Of a DNA stretch of 64,000 nt, positions 44,670 to 54,019 are shown piece after piece. The first letter of the stretch is position 1, and each line of letters opens with the position of its first letter. A program made the position numbers and the translations under genes. Below the pieces are notes generated by a model. That model was given only the letters and a program-made list of their open reading frames with translations. It was not told the origin of the DNA and searched no databases. Source of the stretch: Thermoproteota archaeon (GTDB taxonomy: Archaea; Korarchaeota; Korarchaeia; Korarchaeales; Korarchaeaceae); NCBI GenBank assembly GCA_026986575.1, contig JALSOH010000004.1:1-64000 (forward strand). Reading direction: 5' to 3'.

Positions 44670-47600
44670 ATGGCGTTGATATGGGAACCGGTGGCCGATG
44701 AGGAAGCCATTCCCTACAGCCTCAGGAAGGTAATGTTCGGTCTCATCTCCCCGTCTGATGCCCGGAGAATAGGGTTCATCGAGATAACCGAGCCGACCGC
44801 CTACGATGAGGGCGGCCTACCAGTACAGGGAGGAGTGTTGGATCCCAGACTCGGAACGATAAATCCCAGGAAGAGGTGCCCCATCTGTGGGAACTATCCG
44901 AAGAACTGTCCCGGGCACTTCGGTAGGATAGAGTTAGCGATGCCCGTTGTTCACATAGGCTACGTTAAGAGGATAAAGGATGCCCTGAACACTGTCTGTC
45001 ATAAGTGTGGTAAGGTCTTGCTCCCCGAGGAGGAAAGGGCTTACTTCATATCCCGGGCCAAGGAAGTGGCTGAGAGGAATCCTGAGAAGAAGATAGATGA
45101 CGAGCTGGTCAGGCAGGTCAGGGAAGAGGTGAAGAAGTACACCAAGAAGCACAAGAAGTGCCCTCACTGTGGAGCTGACGTGCAGAGGGTGGAGCTGGAG
45201 GAGGTATATAAGTTTATAGTCAAGGAACCGGAGCCTAGGAGGCTATGGCCTACTGAGATAAGGGATATACTAGAGAGAGTTAGTGACGATGACTCTCTCC
45301 TTATAGGATTCAATCCTGAGAGGGCCAGGCCTGAATGGACCGTTCTCACCGTGCTACTAGTGCCTCCTCTCCCGGTCAGACCTTCAATATATCTAGAAAC
45401 TGGTGAGAGATCCGAGGACGATCTCACTCACATTCTGGTGGAGATACTCAAGGTAAATAGAAAGCTCCATAACTCCAAGAGGCTGGGCGCTCCCAGCAGC
45501 ATGGTCGAGAGCGAGTGGGACCTACTGCAGTACTGGGTGAGTGTGTTCTTCAATAACGCTGCCGCTAATATGCCCGTAGCTACGCAGAAGGGGACTAGGA
45601 GGCCCCTCAAATCCCTGTTCCAGAGGCTCAGCGGTAAGGAGGGAAGGCTTAGGAAGAACCTCATAGGCAAGAGGGTTAACTTCTCCAGCAGGACCGTGAT
45701 CTCCCCCGATCCGATGATAGACATAGATGAGGTAGGAGTACCTGTGGAGATAGCCATGGTCCTCACCGTTCCGGAGTACGTCAACGAGAACAACATAGAG
45801 AAGCTCAAGGAGCTAGTCATGAGGGGGCCTGATGAGTATCCCGGCGCCAACACCGTGAGGAAGGGTGGGGCCACTCCATTGAGCCTGAAGATAATCCAGA
45901 GGAAGGGCAAGGAGGCGCTCAAAGAGGTCGCCGAGCAGCTGGAGCCCGGTGATGTGGTGGAGAGGCACCTGATGGATGGCGACTATGTAATATTCAACAG
46001 GCAACCGTCACTACACAAACTCTCCATGCTCGGGCATAGGGTGAAGGTGCTGCCCGGCGCTACATTCAGGCTTCACCCCGCCGTTTGCGTTCCCTACAAC
46101 GCAGATTTCGATGGAGATGAGATGAACCTCCACGCGCCCCAGCTCCTCGATGGGGCTATCGAGGCTAAGGAGCTGATGGGCGTGAAGAACAACATGCTCT
46201 CCCCGAGGACTGGAGGTTCCATTGTGGGGGCTAGACAGGACTTCATAACTGCCCTGTACATGATAACGAAGAAGGACTCGCTCTTTGACAAGTCGGAGGC
46301 TACGCGGATCCTCGCTAGAGCTGGCATAACGGAGCTTCCCGAGCCGGCCATAAAGAAGCCAAAGGAACTCTGGACGGGGAAGCAGCTCATATCTGTGCTG
46401 CTCCCCAAGGATTTGGACTTCGAGTCTGTAGCCAAGTCAGCCAAGGGAGTGGAGTGCGTAGATCCCTCCTGCCCCGGAGACGGGTACGTATTGATAAGGA
46501 GAGGTCAGCTCCTTTCCGGAGTCTTGGATGACGACATCGTGGGAACCCTCGTTAAGGGGAAGCTCACGATAATAGATGTCCTCATAAGGGATTACGGTAA
46601 TGAGATGGCCGCCGACTTCCTCAACAAGCTGTTGAAGATAGCTGCCAAGGAAGTCATGCTCTACGGAATAACCACCTCCCCCAAGGAGTTGATGATGCCT
46701 GAAGAGGCCTACAAGGAGATAGACGACATCTACTCACAGCTCAAGGAGGAGGTAATGGAGCTGATAAGGAGTAGGCCCATAGTCAGGAAGGCGGCCATTT
46801 ACAGGACAAAAGAAGAGCTCCTCAGATTGATGAGAGAGGAGCAAATGCTAGAATTCGATATAGTTCAGACGATAGATAGCTTCTGGAGCAAGGTCAGCGA
46901 TGTCGTCGCCAAGTACGTCGATCCGAAATCCAATGTAGCCATAATGGCCAAGACAGGAGCCAGGGGTTCGATAGCGAACCTGTCCCAGATAATGGGTCAG
47001 GTCGGGCAGCAGAAGATCAAGACGAGGATCGGATTCGTGCTAACCAGCGGTAGGCCTAGGAAAGGGTATAGAGACAGGGTGCTCTCCTATTTCGAGAGAG
47101 GCGACCTCAGCCCAGAGGCGAGGGGATTCGTGAGGAACAGTTACGTCAAGGGATTGAATCCCGTCGAATTCATATTCCACGCCATGTCCAGCAGGGAGTC
47201 CCTCATAGACAAGGGTAGGAGGACCGAGGACAGTGGGTACTTCTACAGAAGGGTAGCTAACTCGCTCAAGGATGTTTATGTGTCCTACGATGAGACGGTC
47301 AGGGACTCGCTGGGACACATCCTCCAGTTCAGGTTCGGCGGTGATGGATACGATCCGACCAAGTTGTTCAGGAACGAGCCCGTCAACATCAAGAGGATAA
47401 TAGAGAAGCATGTGAAGGGTAAGAGGAAGAGGGGTGTTTCCAAGAGCAGGATAGAGGAGGCGCTGAAGGAGGCTGGACTCCCGACAGCCCTAGCGGAGAA
47501 GATACATGAGGCGAGGCCTAAGGAGTCCGAGCTCAGGGCAATAATAGAGGAGCTGAAAAGGGGCTTCGAACGGGCTAAGGTTGAGGTCCTGACCCCTATA

Positions 47601-48641
47601 GGCCTCATCAGCGCCCAGAGCATAGCGGAGCCAACCACTCAGATGGTTCTCAGGACCTTCCACGCGCCCGGACTGCTGGCCATGGATGTGACCCATGGGG
47701 TGGAGAGGTTCAAGGAACTCGTGTTCTACGCCTCTACGAGCACTCCCACCATGGAGATACATCTCAAGCCCGAGTGCCAAGACGATGAGGTGAAGATAAG
47801 GAAGGTGATAAGGAGCATCAGGGAACTGAGGATAAGGGACCTTATAGAGGAGTACGCCATAGACAACTTCGGCTATAGGCTCATATTGAAGCCCGACATG
47901 AGGGCTCTAGAGAGCAACCTGATCACCCTCGACAAGTTCGTGGGCTACATAAGAAGCGCCGTCAAAAACATGAAGGGAGAAGTCTCTCTAGAGGGCGATA
48001 AAGTCGTAGTAGAGCTCTTCGAGGCGGCTAAGAAGGATAAGCCTCTTCAAACCCTCAGATCTTGGTCTTACAGGGTGCTGGATAAGCTGGTCTCCGGTAT
48101 AAAGGGGATAAAGAGGGCATGGGTAGAGACCGTAGAGGTGGATGGTAAGAAGGAGTACGTGATAAGGACTACGGGATCCAACTTGGCTGAGGTCCTCAAC
48201 CTGAGCTGTGTCGACGTATCCAAGACGATAACCAACGATTGTAAGGAGATCGAGAAGGTTCTGGGTATAGAGGCTGCTAGGAACTGCATATTCAAAGAGC
48301 TGGCCCGTATATTGGAGGAACAGGGTCTGGAAGTTGATAGGAGGTACATCTCCTTGGTGGCTGATACGATGACCTACTCTGGCACCATAGAGGCCATAAG
48401 GTTGCAGGCTGCTGGGGTTGCATCAGGGTTCTTCAGCGAGATGAAGACCCCCCTCAGCAAGATGGCCTTCGAGTGGACCACCCACGTCATCCTGAATACT
48501 GCTAGGCGTGGTGAGGATAATCCGATAGTGGGACCACTAGACGCTTTAATAATGGGACAGACCCCGCCAATAGGGACGGGAAGGGTTTCGGTCAGGTGGG
48601 ATCTCAGCCCGCCCGGTAGCAGTAGAGGTGATAATGAATGA
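44670..48641 (+). CDS. rpoA: RNA polymerase largest subunit, fused A'+A'' (Rpo1)
   Basis: CPGHFG, GKRVNFS, YNADFDGDEMN and the A''-type AQSIAEPTTQM all in one 1323-aa ORF. Confidence 0.97.
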   Translation: MALIWEPVADEEAIPYSLRKVMFGLISPSDARRIGFIEITEPTAYDEGGLPVQGGVLDPRLGTINPRKRCPICGNYPKNCPGHFGRIELAMPVVHIGYVKRIKDALNTVCHKCGKVLLPEEERAYFISRAKEVAERNPEKKIDDELVRQVREEVKKYTKKHKKCPHCGADVQRVELEEVYKFIVKEPEPRRLWPTEIRDILERVSDDDSLLIGFNPERARPEWTVLTVLLVPPLPVRPSIYLETGERSEDDLTHILVEILKVNRKLHNSKRLGAPSSMVESEWDLLQYWVSVFFNNAAANMPVATQKGTRRPLKSLFQRLSGKEGRLRKNLIGKRVNFSSRTVISPDPMIDIDEVGVPVEIAMVLTVPEYVNENNIEKLKELVMRGPDEYPGANTVRKGGATPLSLKIIQRKGKEALKEVAEQLEPGDVVERHLMDGDYVIFNRQPSLHKLSMLGHRVKVLPGATFRLHPAVCVPYNADFDGDEMNLHAPQLLDGAIEAKELMGVKNNMLSPRTGGSIVGARQDFITALYMITKKDSLFDKSEATRILARAGITELPEPAIKKPKELWTGKQLISVLLPKDLDFESVAKSAKGVECVDPSCPGDGYVLIRRGQLLSGVLDDDIVGTLVKGKLTIIDVLIRDYGNEMAADFLNKLLKIAAKEVMLYGITTSPKELMMPEEAYKEIDDIYSQLKEEVMELIRSRPIVRKAAIYRTKEELLRLMREEQMLEFDIVQTIDSFWSKVSDVVAKYVDPKSNVAIMAKTGARGSIANLSQIMGQVGQQKIKTRIGFVLTSGRPRKGYRDRVLSYFERGDLSPEARGFVRNSYVKGLNPVEFIFHAMSSRESLIDKGRRTEDSGYFYRRVANSLKDVYVSYDETVRDSLGHILQFRFGGDGYDPTKLFRNEPVNIKRIIEKHVKGKRKRGVSKSRIEEALKEAGLPTALAEKIHEARPKESELRAIIEELKRGFERAKVEVLTPIGLISAQSIAEPTTQMVLRTFHAPGLLAMDVTHGVERFKELVFYASTSTPTMEIHLKPECQDDEVKIRKVIRSIRELRIRDLIEEYAIDNFGYRLILKPDMRALESNLITLDKFVGYIRSAVKNMKGEVSLEGDKVVVELFEAAKKDKPLQTLRSWSYRVLDKLVSGIKGIKRAWVETVEVDGKKEYVIRTTGSNLAEVLNLSCVDVSKTITNDCKEIEKVLGIEAARNCIFKELARILEEQGLEVDRRYISLVADTMTYSGTIEAIRLQAAGVASGFFSEMKTPLSKMAFEWTTHVILNTARRGEDNPIVGPLDALIMGQTPPIGTGRVSVRWDLSPPGSSRGDNE

Positions 48642-48949
48642 GCAGTGAGGTTGAACCTGAGCTTTACCTAGCTCTCAAGTCCGGAAATGTGATACTGGGA
48701 GCTAGAAGGGTGATAAAGCAGCTGAAATCCGGAGAGAATCCCAAGTTGGTGATAGTCGCCAGCAACGCGCCGCAGGACATAAAGATGGAGGTCGAGTACT
48801 TGGCTAAGCTGGCCAACGTACCAGTCTACCAGTACCCCGGCAAATCTATCGACCTTGGAAGGGCCTTTAAGAAGCCCTTCTTCGTTTCAGTGGCAGCGGT
48901 AATGGAGGAGGGTGAGTCCAAAATCTTGGAGGTCTTAGGAGTGGAGTGA
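48638..48949 (+). CDS. rpl30e: 50S ribosomal protein L30e
   Basis: LKSGNVILG...ASNAP...LGRAFKKPF...GESKIL. Confidence 0.95.
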   Translation: MSSEVEPELYLALKSGNVILGARRVIKQLKSGENPKLVIVASNAPQDIKMEVEYLAKLANVPVYQYPGKSIDLGRAFKKPFFVSVAAVMEEGESKILEVLGVE

Positions 48950-48968
48950 TCTCTGGAGGTGTAGGGGG

Positions 48969-49439
48969 ATTCCAGGTAGGAAGGTCATCATAACGCCTGA
49001 ACAGTTCCGCTACATACAGCTCTTCCATAACATGCTCGGGGTCAGGCCCAAGGATGTCGTGGAGGATAAAGAGGAGAATAGGCTTATTTTCGTGGTGGAG
49101 AAGGGCGATCTAGGAAGGGCAGTAGGGAGGGGAGGTAGGAAGCTGAAGACCATGAGGCGCCTCCTGAGGGGAGACCTAGACATGTCCATAGAGGTCGTCG
49201 AGTTCGACGACACTCCGGAGGGATTCGTGACCAATCTGCTGAGCCCAGCCAGAGTACCCAAGGTCAGGATAGTGAAGCAGGGCGATGAGACCGTCGCTAT
49301 CGCATACGTAGTCGAACAGGATAAGAGCATAGCAATAGGGAAGAACGGTAGGAGGATAAAGAGGGCTAGGATCCTAGCCAAGAGGTGGTACAGCATAGAC
49401 AACATTAAAATAGCAACATGGACTACCCCTACCTCGTGA
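48969..49439 (+). CDS. nusA: Archaeal NusA (two KH domains); probable ATT start at 48969
   Basis: GRAVGRGG and AIGKNG KH motifs. The conserved N-terminal helix (ITPEQFRYIQLF) lies upstream of the first ATG at 49032. Confidence 0.9.
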   Translation: MPGRKVIITPEQFRYIQLFHNMLGVRPKDVVEDKEENRLIFVVEKGDLGRAVGRGGRKLKTMRRLLRGDLDMSIEVVEFDDTPEGFVTNLLSPARVPKVRIVKQGDETVAIAYVVEQDKSIAIGKNGRRIKRARILAKRWYSIDNIKIATWTTPTS

Positions 49440-49448
49440 GGTGGTTGC

Positions 49449-49889
49449 ATGGGTAAGAAATCTCCGCTGGGACTGTACGCCGCTCGAGGATTAGCTGAGA
49501 AGTACAAGGAGAAGAGGCTTCACAGCTGGAAGGTCAGGAGGAGACTGTACAGGCTGAAGGAAAAATTCGACCCTCTAGAGGGCGCGCCCATGGCTAGGGG
49601 CATAGTGCTGGAGAAGGTGGGTCTCGAGGCGAGGCAACCCCACTCCGGGTTGAGGAAGGCGGTCAAGGTCCAGTTAGCTAAAAACGGGGTCATAGTCACC
49701 GCGTTCGCGCCGGGAGATGGTGCTCTGAACGTGATCAATGAGCACGATGAGGTGATAATCGAGGGCATCGGCGGTTCTAGGGGCAGATCCATGGGAGACA
49801 TACCCGGAGTCAGGTATAAGGTGATAAAGGTCAACGGCGTATCCCTGCAGGCGATACTGCAGGGTAAGAAGGAGAAGCCCAGCAGGTGA
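49449..49889 (+). CDS. rps12: 30S ribosomal protein S12
   Basis: GLYAAR...[12 protein letters not shown]...TAFAPGDG...[10 protein letters not shown]. Confidence 0.97.
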   Translation: MGKKSPLGLYAARGLAEKYKEKRLHSWKVRRRLYRLKEKFDPLEGAPMARGIVLEKVGLEARQPHSGLRKAVKVQLAKNGVIVTAFAPGDGALNVINEHDEVIIEGIGGSRGRSMGDIPGVRYKVIKVNGVSLQAILQGKKEKPSR

Positions 49890-49893
49890 TCGC

Positions 49894-50544
49894 ATGAGCG
49901 AGGAGGTTGAGGCCAAGGAGAAGAACCCCAAGACCGGTGGTCCCGAGATAAAGCTATTCGGTAAGTGGAGCTACGAGGGAGTTGAGGTGAAGAACGTCGC
50001 CCTGAAGAGGGTGATCTCCCTCAAGCCCGTTTACCTTCCGCACACCGGCGGAAGGCACGAGCATAAGAGGTTCGGGAAGCTCGAGCTTCCCATCGTTGAG
50101 AGGCTGGTTAACAGGCTCATGAGTCAGGCTATCAATGCTGGTAGTAAGAAGGACCATGTGAACAGCAAGAATCCAGGGAAGAAGCTCAAGGCCCTGAGGA
50201 CCGTTAAGTACGCGTTCCAGATCATCGAGTTGAGGACCGGCCGGAACCCCATACAGGTCTTCATAGACGCCATCGAGAACTCCATAATAAGGGAGGAGGT
50301 CACTAGGATCATGTACGGAGGAGTCAGCTACTTCCACGCCGTCGACACTTCACCGAGCAGGATGGTCGACCTCGCCATCAGGCACATAGCTCAGGGAGCG
50401 GCCATGAAGGCATTCAGGAGCCCGAGGAGCTTGGCCGAGGCCCTTGCTGATGAGATAATCGCTGCTGCCGAGTACGACAGGAACAAGAGCTTCGCCATAA
50501 GGAGGAAGGAGGAAATAGAGAGGATTGCCTTGAGCAGCAGGTGA
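49894..50544 (+). CDS. rps7: 30S ribosomal protein S7
   Basis: KLFGKW...PHTGGR...IVERLVN...NPIQV...[13 protein letters not shown]. Confidence 0.97.
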   Translation: MSEEVEAKEKNPKTGGPEIKLFGKWSYEGVEVKNVALKRVISLKPVYLPHTGGRHEHKRFGKLELPIVERLVNRLMSQAINAGSKKDHVNSKNPGKKLKALRTVKYAFQIIELRTGRNPIQVFIDAIENSIIREEVTRIMYGGVSYFHAVDTSPSRMVDLAIRHIAQGAAMKAFRSPRSLAEALADEIIAAAEYDRNKSFAIRRKEEIERIALSSR

Positions 50545-50600
50545 TCCCGTTCCATCCCATCCATTTATAATATGAGGAGTCTGGGTTTTGGTGATGAGTT

Positions 50601-50831
50601 ATGAGTAGGGAGCTCCCGATATCGCATCTTAGGAAGGCCCATGGCGCCGAGATAACCGTCAGACTGAAGAACGGAAGTGAGATAAGAGGTAAGCTGCTGG
50701 TTTACGATGAGATGATGAACTTGGTCCTAGATTCAGCTAGGGAACTAGATCCCGACACGAAAGAAGTGAGGAGGAGTATGGGCACCCTCTTCATAAGGGG
50801 AAACAACGTACTCTTCATAACACTGGAGTGA
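50601..50831 (+). CDS. Sm-like (SmAP/Lsm) protein
   Basis: VRLKNG...GKLLVYDEMMNLVL (Sm1) and IRGNNV (Sm2); own TATA (TTTATAA) at about 50564. Confidence 0.93.
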   Translation: MSRELPISHLRKAHGAEITVRLKNGSEIRGKLLVYDEMMNLVLDSARELDPDTKEVRRSMGTLFIRGNNVLFITLE

Positions 50832-50835
50832 TTTT

Positions 50836-52623
50836 TCACTCCACAGTCACACTTTTAGCTAGGTTTCTGGGTTTGTCCGGATCTCTTCCAAGGATTACTG
50901 CTGTGTGGTATGCTATTAGCTGTAGTGGAACCGTGTAGATCAGTGGGGAGATGAGTTCATCCCAGGCATCCGTTTCCAAGCTCGCATCAGCCGGGATCTC
51001 CATACCTCTGGGCTGTATAGTTATGGTGAATGCTCCCCTAGATCTCACCTCCATGATATTGTATATCGTCTTCTTTCGGAGCTCCTCATTCACCGGAACC
51101 AGCATAATGGCAGGTGTGCCCTCCTCTATTAGGGCGAGCGGTCCGTGCTTGTACTCGCCAGCAGGATAGCCCTCAGCGTGTATGTAACTTATCTCCTTGA
51201 GCTTGAGCGCTCCCTCCAATGCTGTTGGGTAGTTTATTCCCCTCCCCAAGAAGAACACATGCTCCTTGTCCTTGAGGAGATCACTCATCTTCTTGGAGAA
51301 CTCATCCAGAGAATCCATAGAACCCCTCAGTAGCTCCGATACCTCGGTAAGTTCCCTAGAAATTCCGCTTCTGCCGCTAATGAGGGAAGAGACGACGTAA
51401 AGGACAGCTACCTGGGCGGAGAAGGTCTTAGTTGCCGCGACCCCAATCTCTGGGCCCGCTTGTATGAAGATGGACTCGTCGGAAATCCTAGTGAGCGTGC
51501 TTCCCGGGACATTCACTATGGAAACCACCTTGGAGCCCTTCGACTTCGCTATTCTAACGGCCTCTAGCACGTCTGCGGTTTCACCCGATTGGCTGATGGC
51601 TAGAACGATGTCTCCCTGCCTCAGGTGGGAGGACCATTCCGGGAACTCTGAGGCCACTATGATCTCGGACCTGACGCCAGCTAGCTTAGATAAGAGGTAC
51701 TTTCCGATCAGACCAGCATGATAGGAGGTCCCAGCAGCGACTATCGTGAGAGAGCCATCCCTAAGCAGGGAGTTCAGCCTCTCGGAGAACCTCGTATAGT
51801 AATCAATGCTCTCCGCAATCTTCCTGAGGATGTGAGGCTGCTCATGTATCTCCTTAAGCATGAAGTGATCGAACGCTCCCTTGTCCAGCAACTGAGGCGT
51901 CCATTCCACCTCTTCGGTCTCCTTATGGACCTTCTCCAGACTATCTCCATTCAACCTCCAGATCTCTACCTCAGAGGGGGTGAGTAGGGCTATCTCCCCG
52001 TCATCCATAAAGATGAACCTATTCGTCAGGTGGAGCAGTGCGGCCACATCCGATGCGCAGTAATTCCCATCCTCCCCTAGGCCTATAACCAATGGACTCT
52101 TGTTCCTAGCTAGAAAGAGGGCTCTCTCGCCCGATATGATGGATACTATGGCGTAGCTTCCCTTCAACTTTTTAATGGCCTTCACGAATGCTGAGAGGGG
52201 TTTGTCGCCCGACTTGAGGTTCCCCTCCACCAAGTGGGCCACGACCTCTGTATCTGTCTCGGAATGGAGCACATGCCCCTTGGCTATCAGCTCCCTCCTC
52301 ATACCCTCAAAATCGTCGAGAGTCCCGTTGTGAACAACGGCCACCTCCCCATTACAGGAGAGGTGAGGGTGGGCGTTCTCGGGGCTCACTCCGCCGTGGG
52401 TGGCCCATCTAGTATGACCTATCCCTACGTATCCGTCTCTTATCTTCGCGTCTCCTACTACCGCTTCTATCGTGCCCACACCCTTAACTACCTCTATGTC
52501 CCCATCGGACATCACTGCTATCCCGGCTGAGTCATATCCTCTGTATTCCAGCTTTTTTAGGGATCTTATTAAGTCTCTGGCCACTCCCAAGCGTCTCCTT
52601 ACTATGCCCACTATTCCGCACAC
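50836..52623 (-). CDS. glmS: Glutamine--fructose-6-phosphate aminotransferase
   Basis: MCGIVG, LEYRGYDSAG, GHTRWATHG, SQSGETAD, KPRNLAKSVTVE. Confidence 0.97.
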   Translation of the reverse strand: MCGIVGIVRRRLGVARDLIRSLKKLEYRGYDSAGIAVMSDGDIEVVKGVGTIEAVVGDAKIRDGYVGIGHTRWATHGGVSPENAHPHLSCNGEVAVVHNGTLDDFEGMRRELIAKGHVLHSETDTEVVAHLVEGNLKSGDKPLSAFVKAIKKLKGSYAIVSIISGERALFLARNKSPLVIGLGEDGNYCASDVAALLHLTNRFIFMDDGEIALLTPSEVEIWRLNGDSLEKVHKETEEVEWTPQLLDKGAFDHFMLKEIHEQPHILRKIAESIDYYTRFSERLNSLLRDGSLTIVAAGTSYHAGLIGKYLLSKLAGVRSEIIVASEFPEWSSHLRQGDIVLAISQSGETADVLEAVRIAKSKGSKVVSIVNVPGSTLTRISDESIFIQAGPEIGVAATKTFSAQVAVLYVVSSLISGRSGISRELTEVSELLRGSMDSLDEFSKKMSDLLKDKEHVFFLGRGINYPTALEGALKLKEISYIHAEGYPAGEYKHGPLALIEEGTPAIMLVPVNEELRKKTIYNIMEVRSRGAFTITIQPRGMEIPADASLETDAWDELISPLIYTVPLQLIAYHTAVILGRDPDKPRNLAKSVTVE

Positions 52624-52635
52624 TTCAGAAGCACC

Positions 52636-53964
52636 TCATTCCTTCATCAGCTGTGACTTCCACTTCCTCAAGATAATGGTTGCACCTGAAATCATCGCAA
52701 CGAATATCAACGATACGGTCACGCCCGACAGGAGCCTTGCCTCCTCAGCAGCCTCCTCCCTAATGACCCTTATTCTCTCCCTCAAGGCGGATATCTCCCG
52801 CGACACGTTCGAGTATAAGTCCGGCGCGCTAGTCAGGTTCAGTCCGTCCGCACGGGAAGTTAAGTTGGCGAGAAGGCCTTTCATGGCTTTGTACTCCGTC
52901 TGATTTATGTTCCTCACCTCCTCTATCTCTTCCATGGCTCTGCCAATCATCTCGATTATCTTGTCCTTGTACGTCAGAAGAAGTTCCTCCTCCAGGCGCT
53001 CTATTGTGACAGATGACTGGTTGAGGAGCATCTTGACCCTGAGGATGTCCGCATAGGATATGTTCTCTCGATCTAGGAGGACCTCCGCCTCTCTGATTTT
53101 GGAGTCGATGATGGAGATGTTTATCAGCACATCCTCTGGTATGGGAAGTCCGGCCTCCACGGACCTCTCGTAAGCGCTCTGAAGTAGTCTCCTTTTGTCC
53201 TTTACCTCCTTCAGCGTTGCCCTTAGCTCCTCCTTGTTGTATCCCGAGATCACTCTCACGGTCCTCTTGACATTGACCTCGAAGCTCCTGTCGGTGCAGC
53301 CTATTCCGTAGCATAGGCTCACTATGAGGGTGTGATTCCCCTCACCCTCTACCGGTAGAGATAGACCTACCTCACCGGACGTGCCGTTGAGCTCTCTCTC
53401 CATGGTGAGCCTGCCATCTAAGTACACGGAAATCGTCGGACGGTAGTCCCGAGGGATTCCCTCCACTTCGTAGCTCACTTGGATTGAGAGTGGTTGACCC
53501 ACGGTAATCTCTCTGGATTGCGGGATGACCACTAGGGTAGCGTTTATGCGTGGTTTAATCACCATAACGGACGAAGCGTTGCCCTCCACCAGCTTGAGGC
53601 CTACTTCTCCCTTCTTGAAGAACCTGACCACGGGCCTCACGAAGTTAGGGCCCTCCAAGGAGTTCCTATCCACATCAACTATTATGGGAACTATTACTGT
53701 GGTGTTCGGCCTGAGCTCCCTCAAACCCAAGTTCCTCGTGAAAGCTCCCCAAGGGGTGATCAGCTTCACATAATCGATGAGGATCATTCCATCCATGTTC
53801 ATCACCGATACATTCACGGTGCAGGGGTATCCTGCTACGCAGGGATCCCTAGGTTCAACTGTGACGCTCAAATCGGCCTCCTGAGATTGAGCTAGTATTG
53901 TTGCCATGAAGCTCACAATTAGAAGCGTCGTCATGATGTAAAGGACGGCGGGGGCTGCTTTCAT
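52636..53964 (-). CDS. Surface glycoprotein: signal peptide, beta-sandwich domains, coiled coil, C-terminal TM helix
   Basis: Architecture read from the translation; about 13 NxS/T sequons. Confidence 0.7.
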   Translation of the reverse strand: MKAAPAVLYIMTTLLIVSFMATILAQSQEADLSVTVEPRDPCVAGYPCTVNVSVMNMDGMILIDYVKLITPWGAFTRNLGLRELRPNTTVIVPIIVDVDRNSLEGPNFVRPVVRFFKKGEVGLKLVEGNASSVMVIKPRINATLVVIPQSREITVGQPLSIQVSYEVEGIPRDYRPTISVYLDGRLTMERELNGTSGEVGLSLPVEGEGNHTLIVSLCYGIGCTDRSFEVNVKRTVRVISGYNKEELRATLKEVKDKRRLLQSAYERSVEAGLPIPEDVLINISIIDSKIREAEVLLDRENISYADILRVKMLLNQSSVTIERLEEELLLTYKDKIIEMIGRAMEEIEEVRNINQTEYKAMKGLLANLTSRADGLNLTSAPDLYSNVSREISALRERIRVIREEAAEEARLLSGVTVSLIFVAMISGATIILRKWKSQLMKE

Positions 53965-54019
53965 CAGCCCTTAGGGGGAGCTAAGCTTTATTAACCTAGT
54001 CGCATCAGGGTCATATCGA

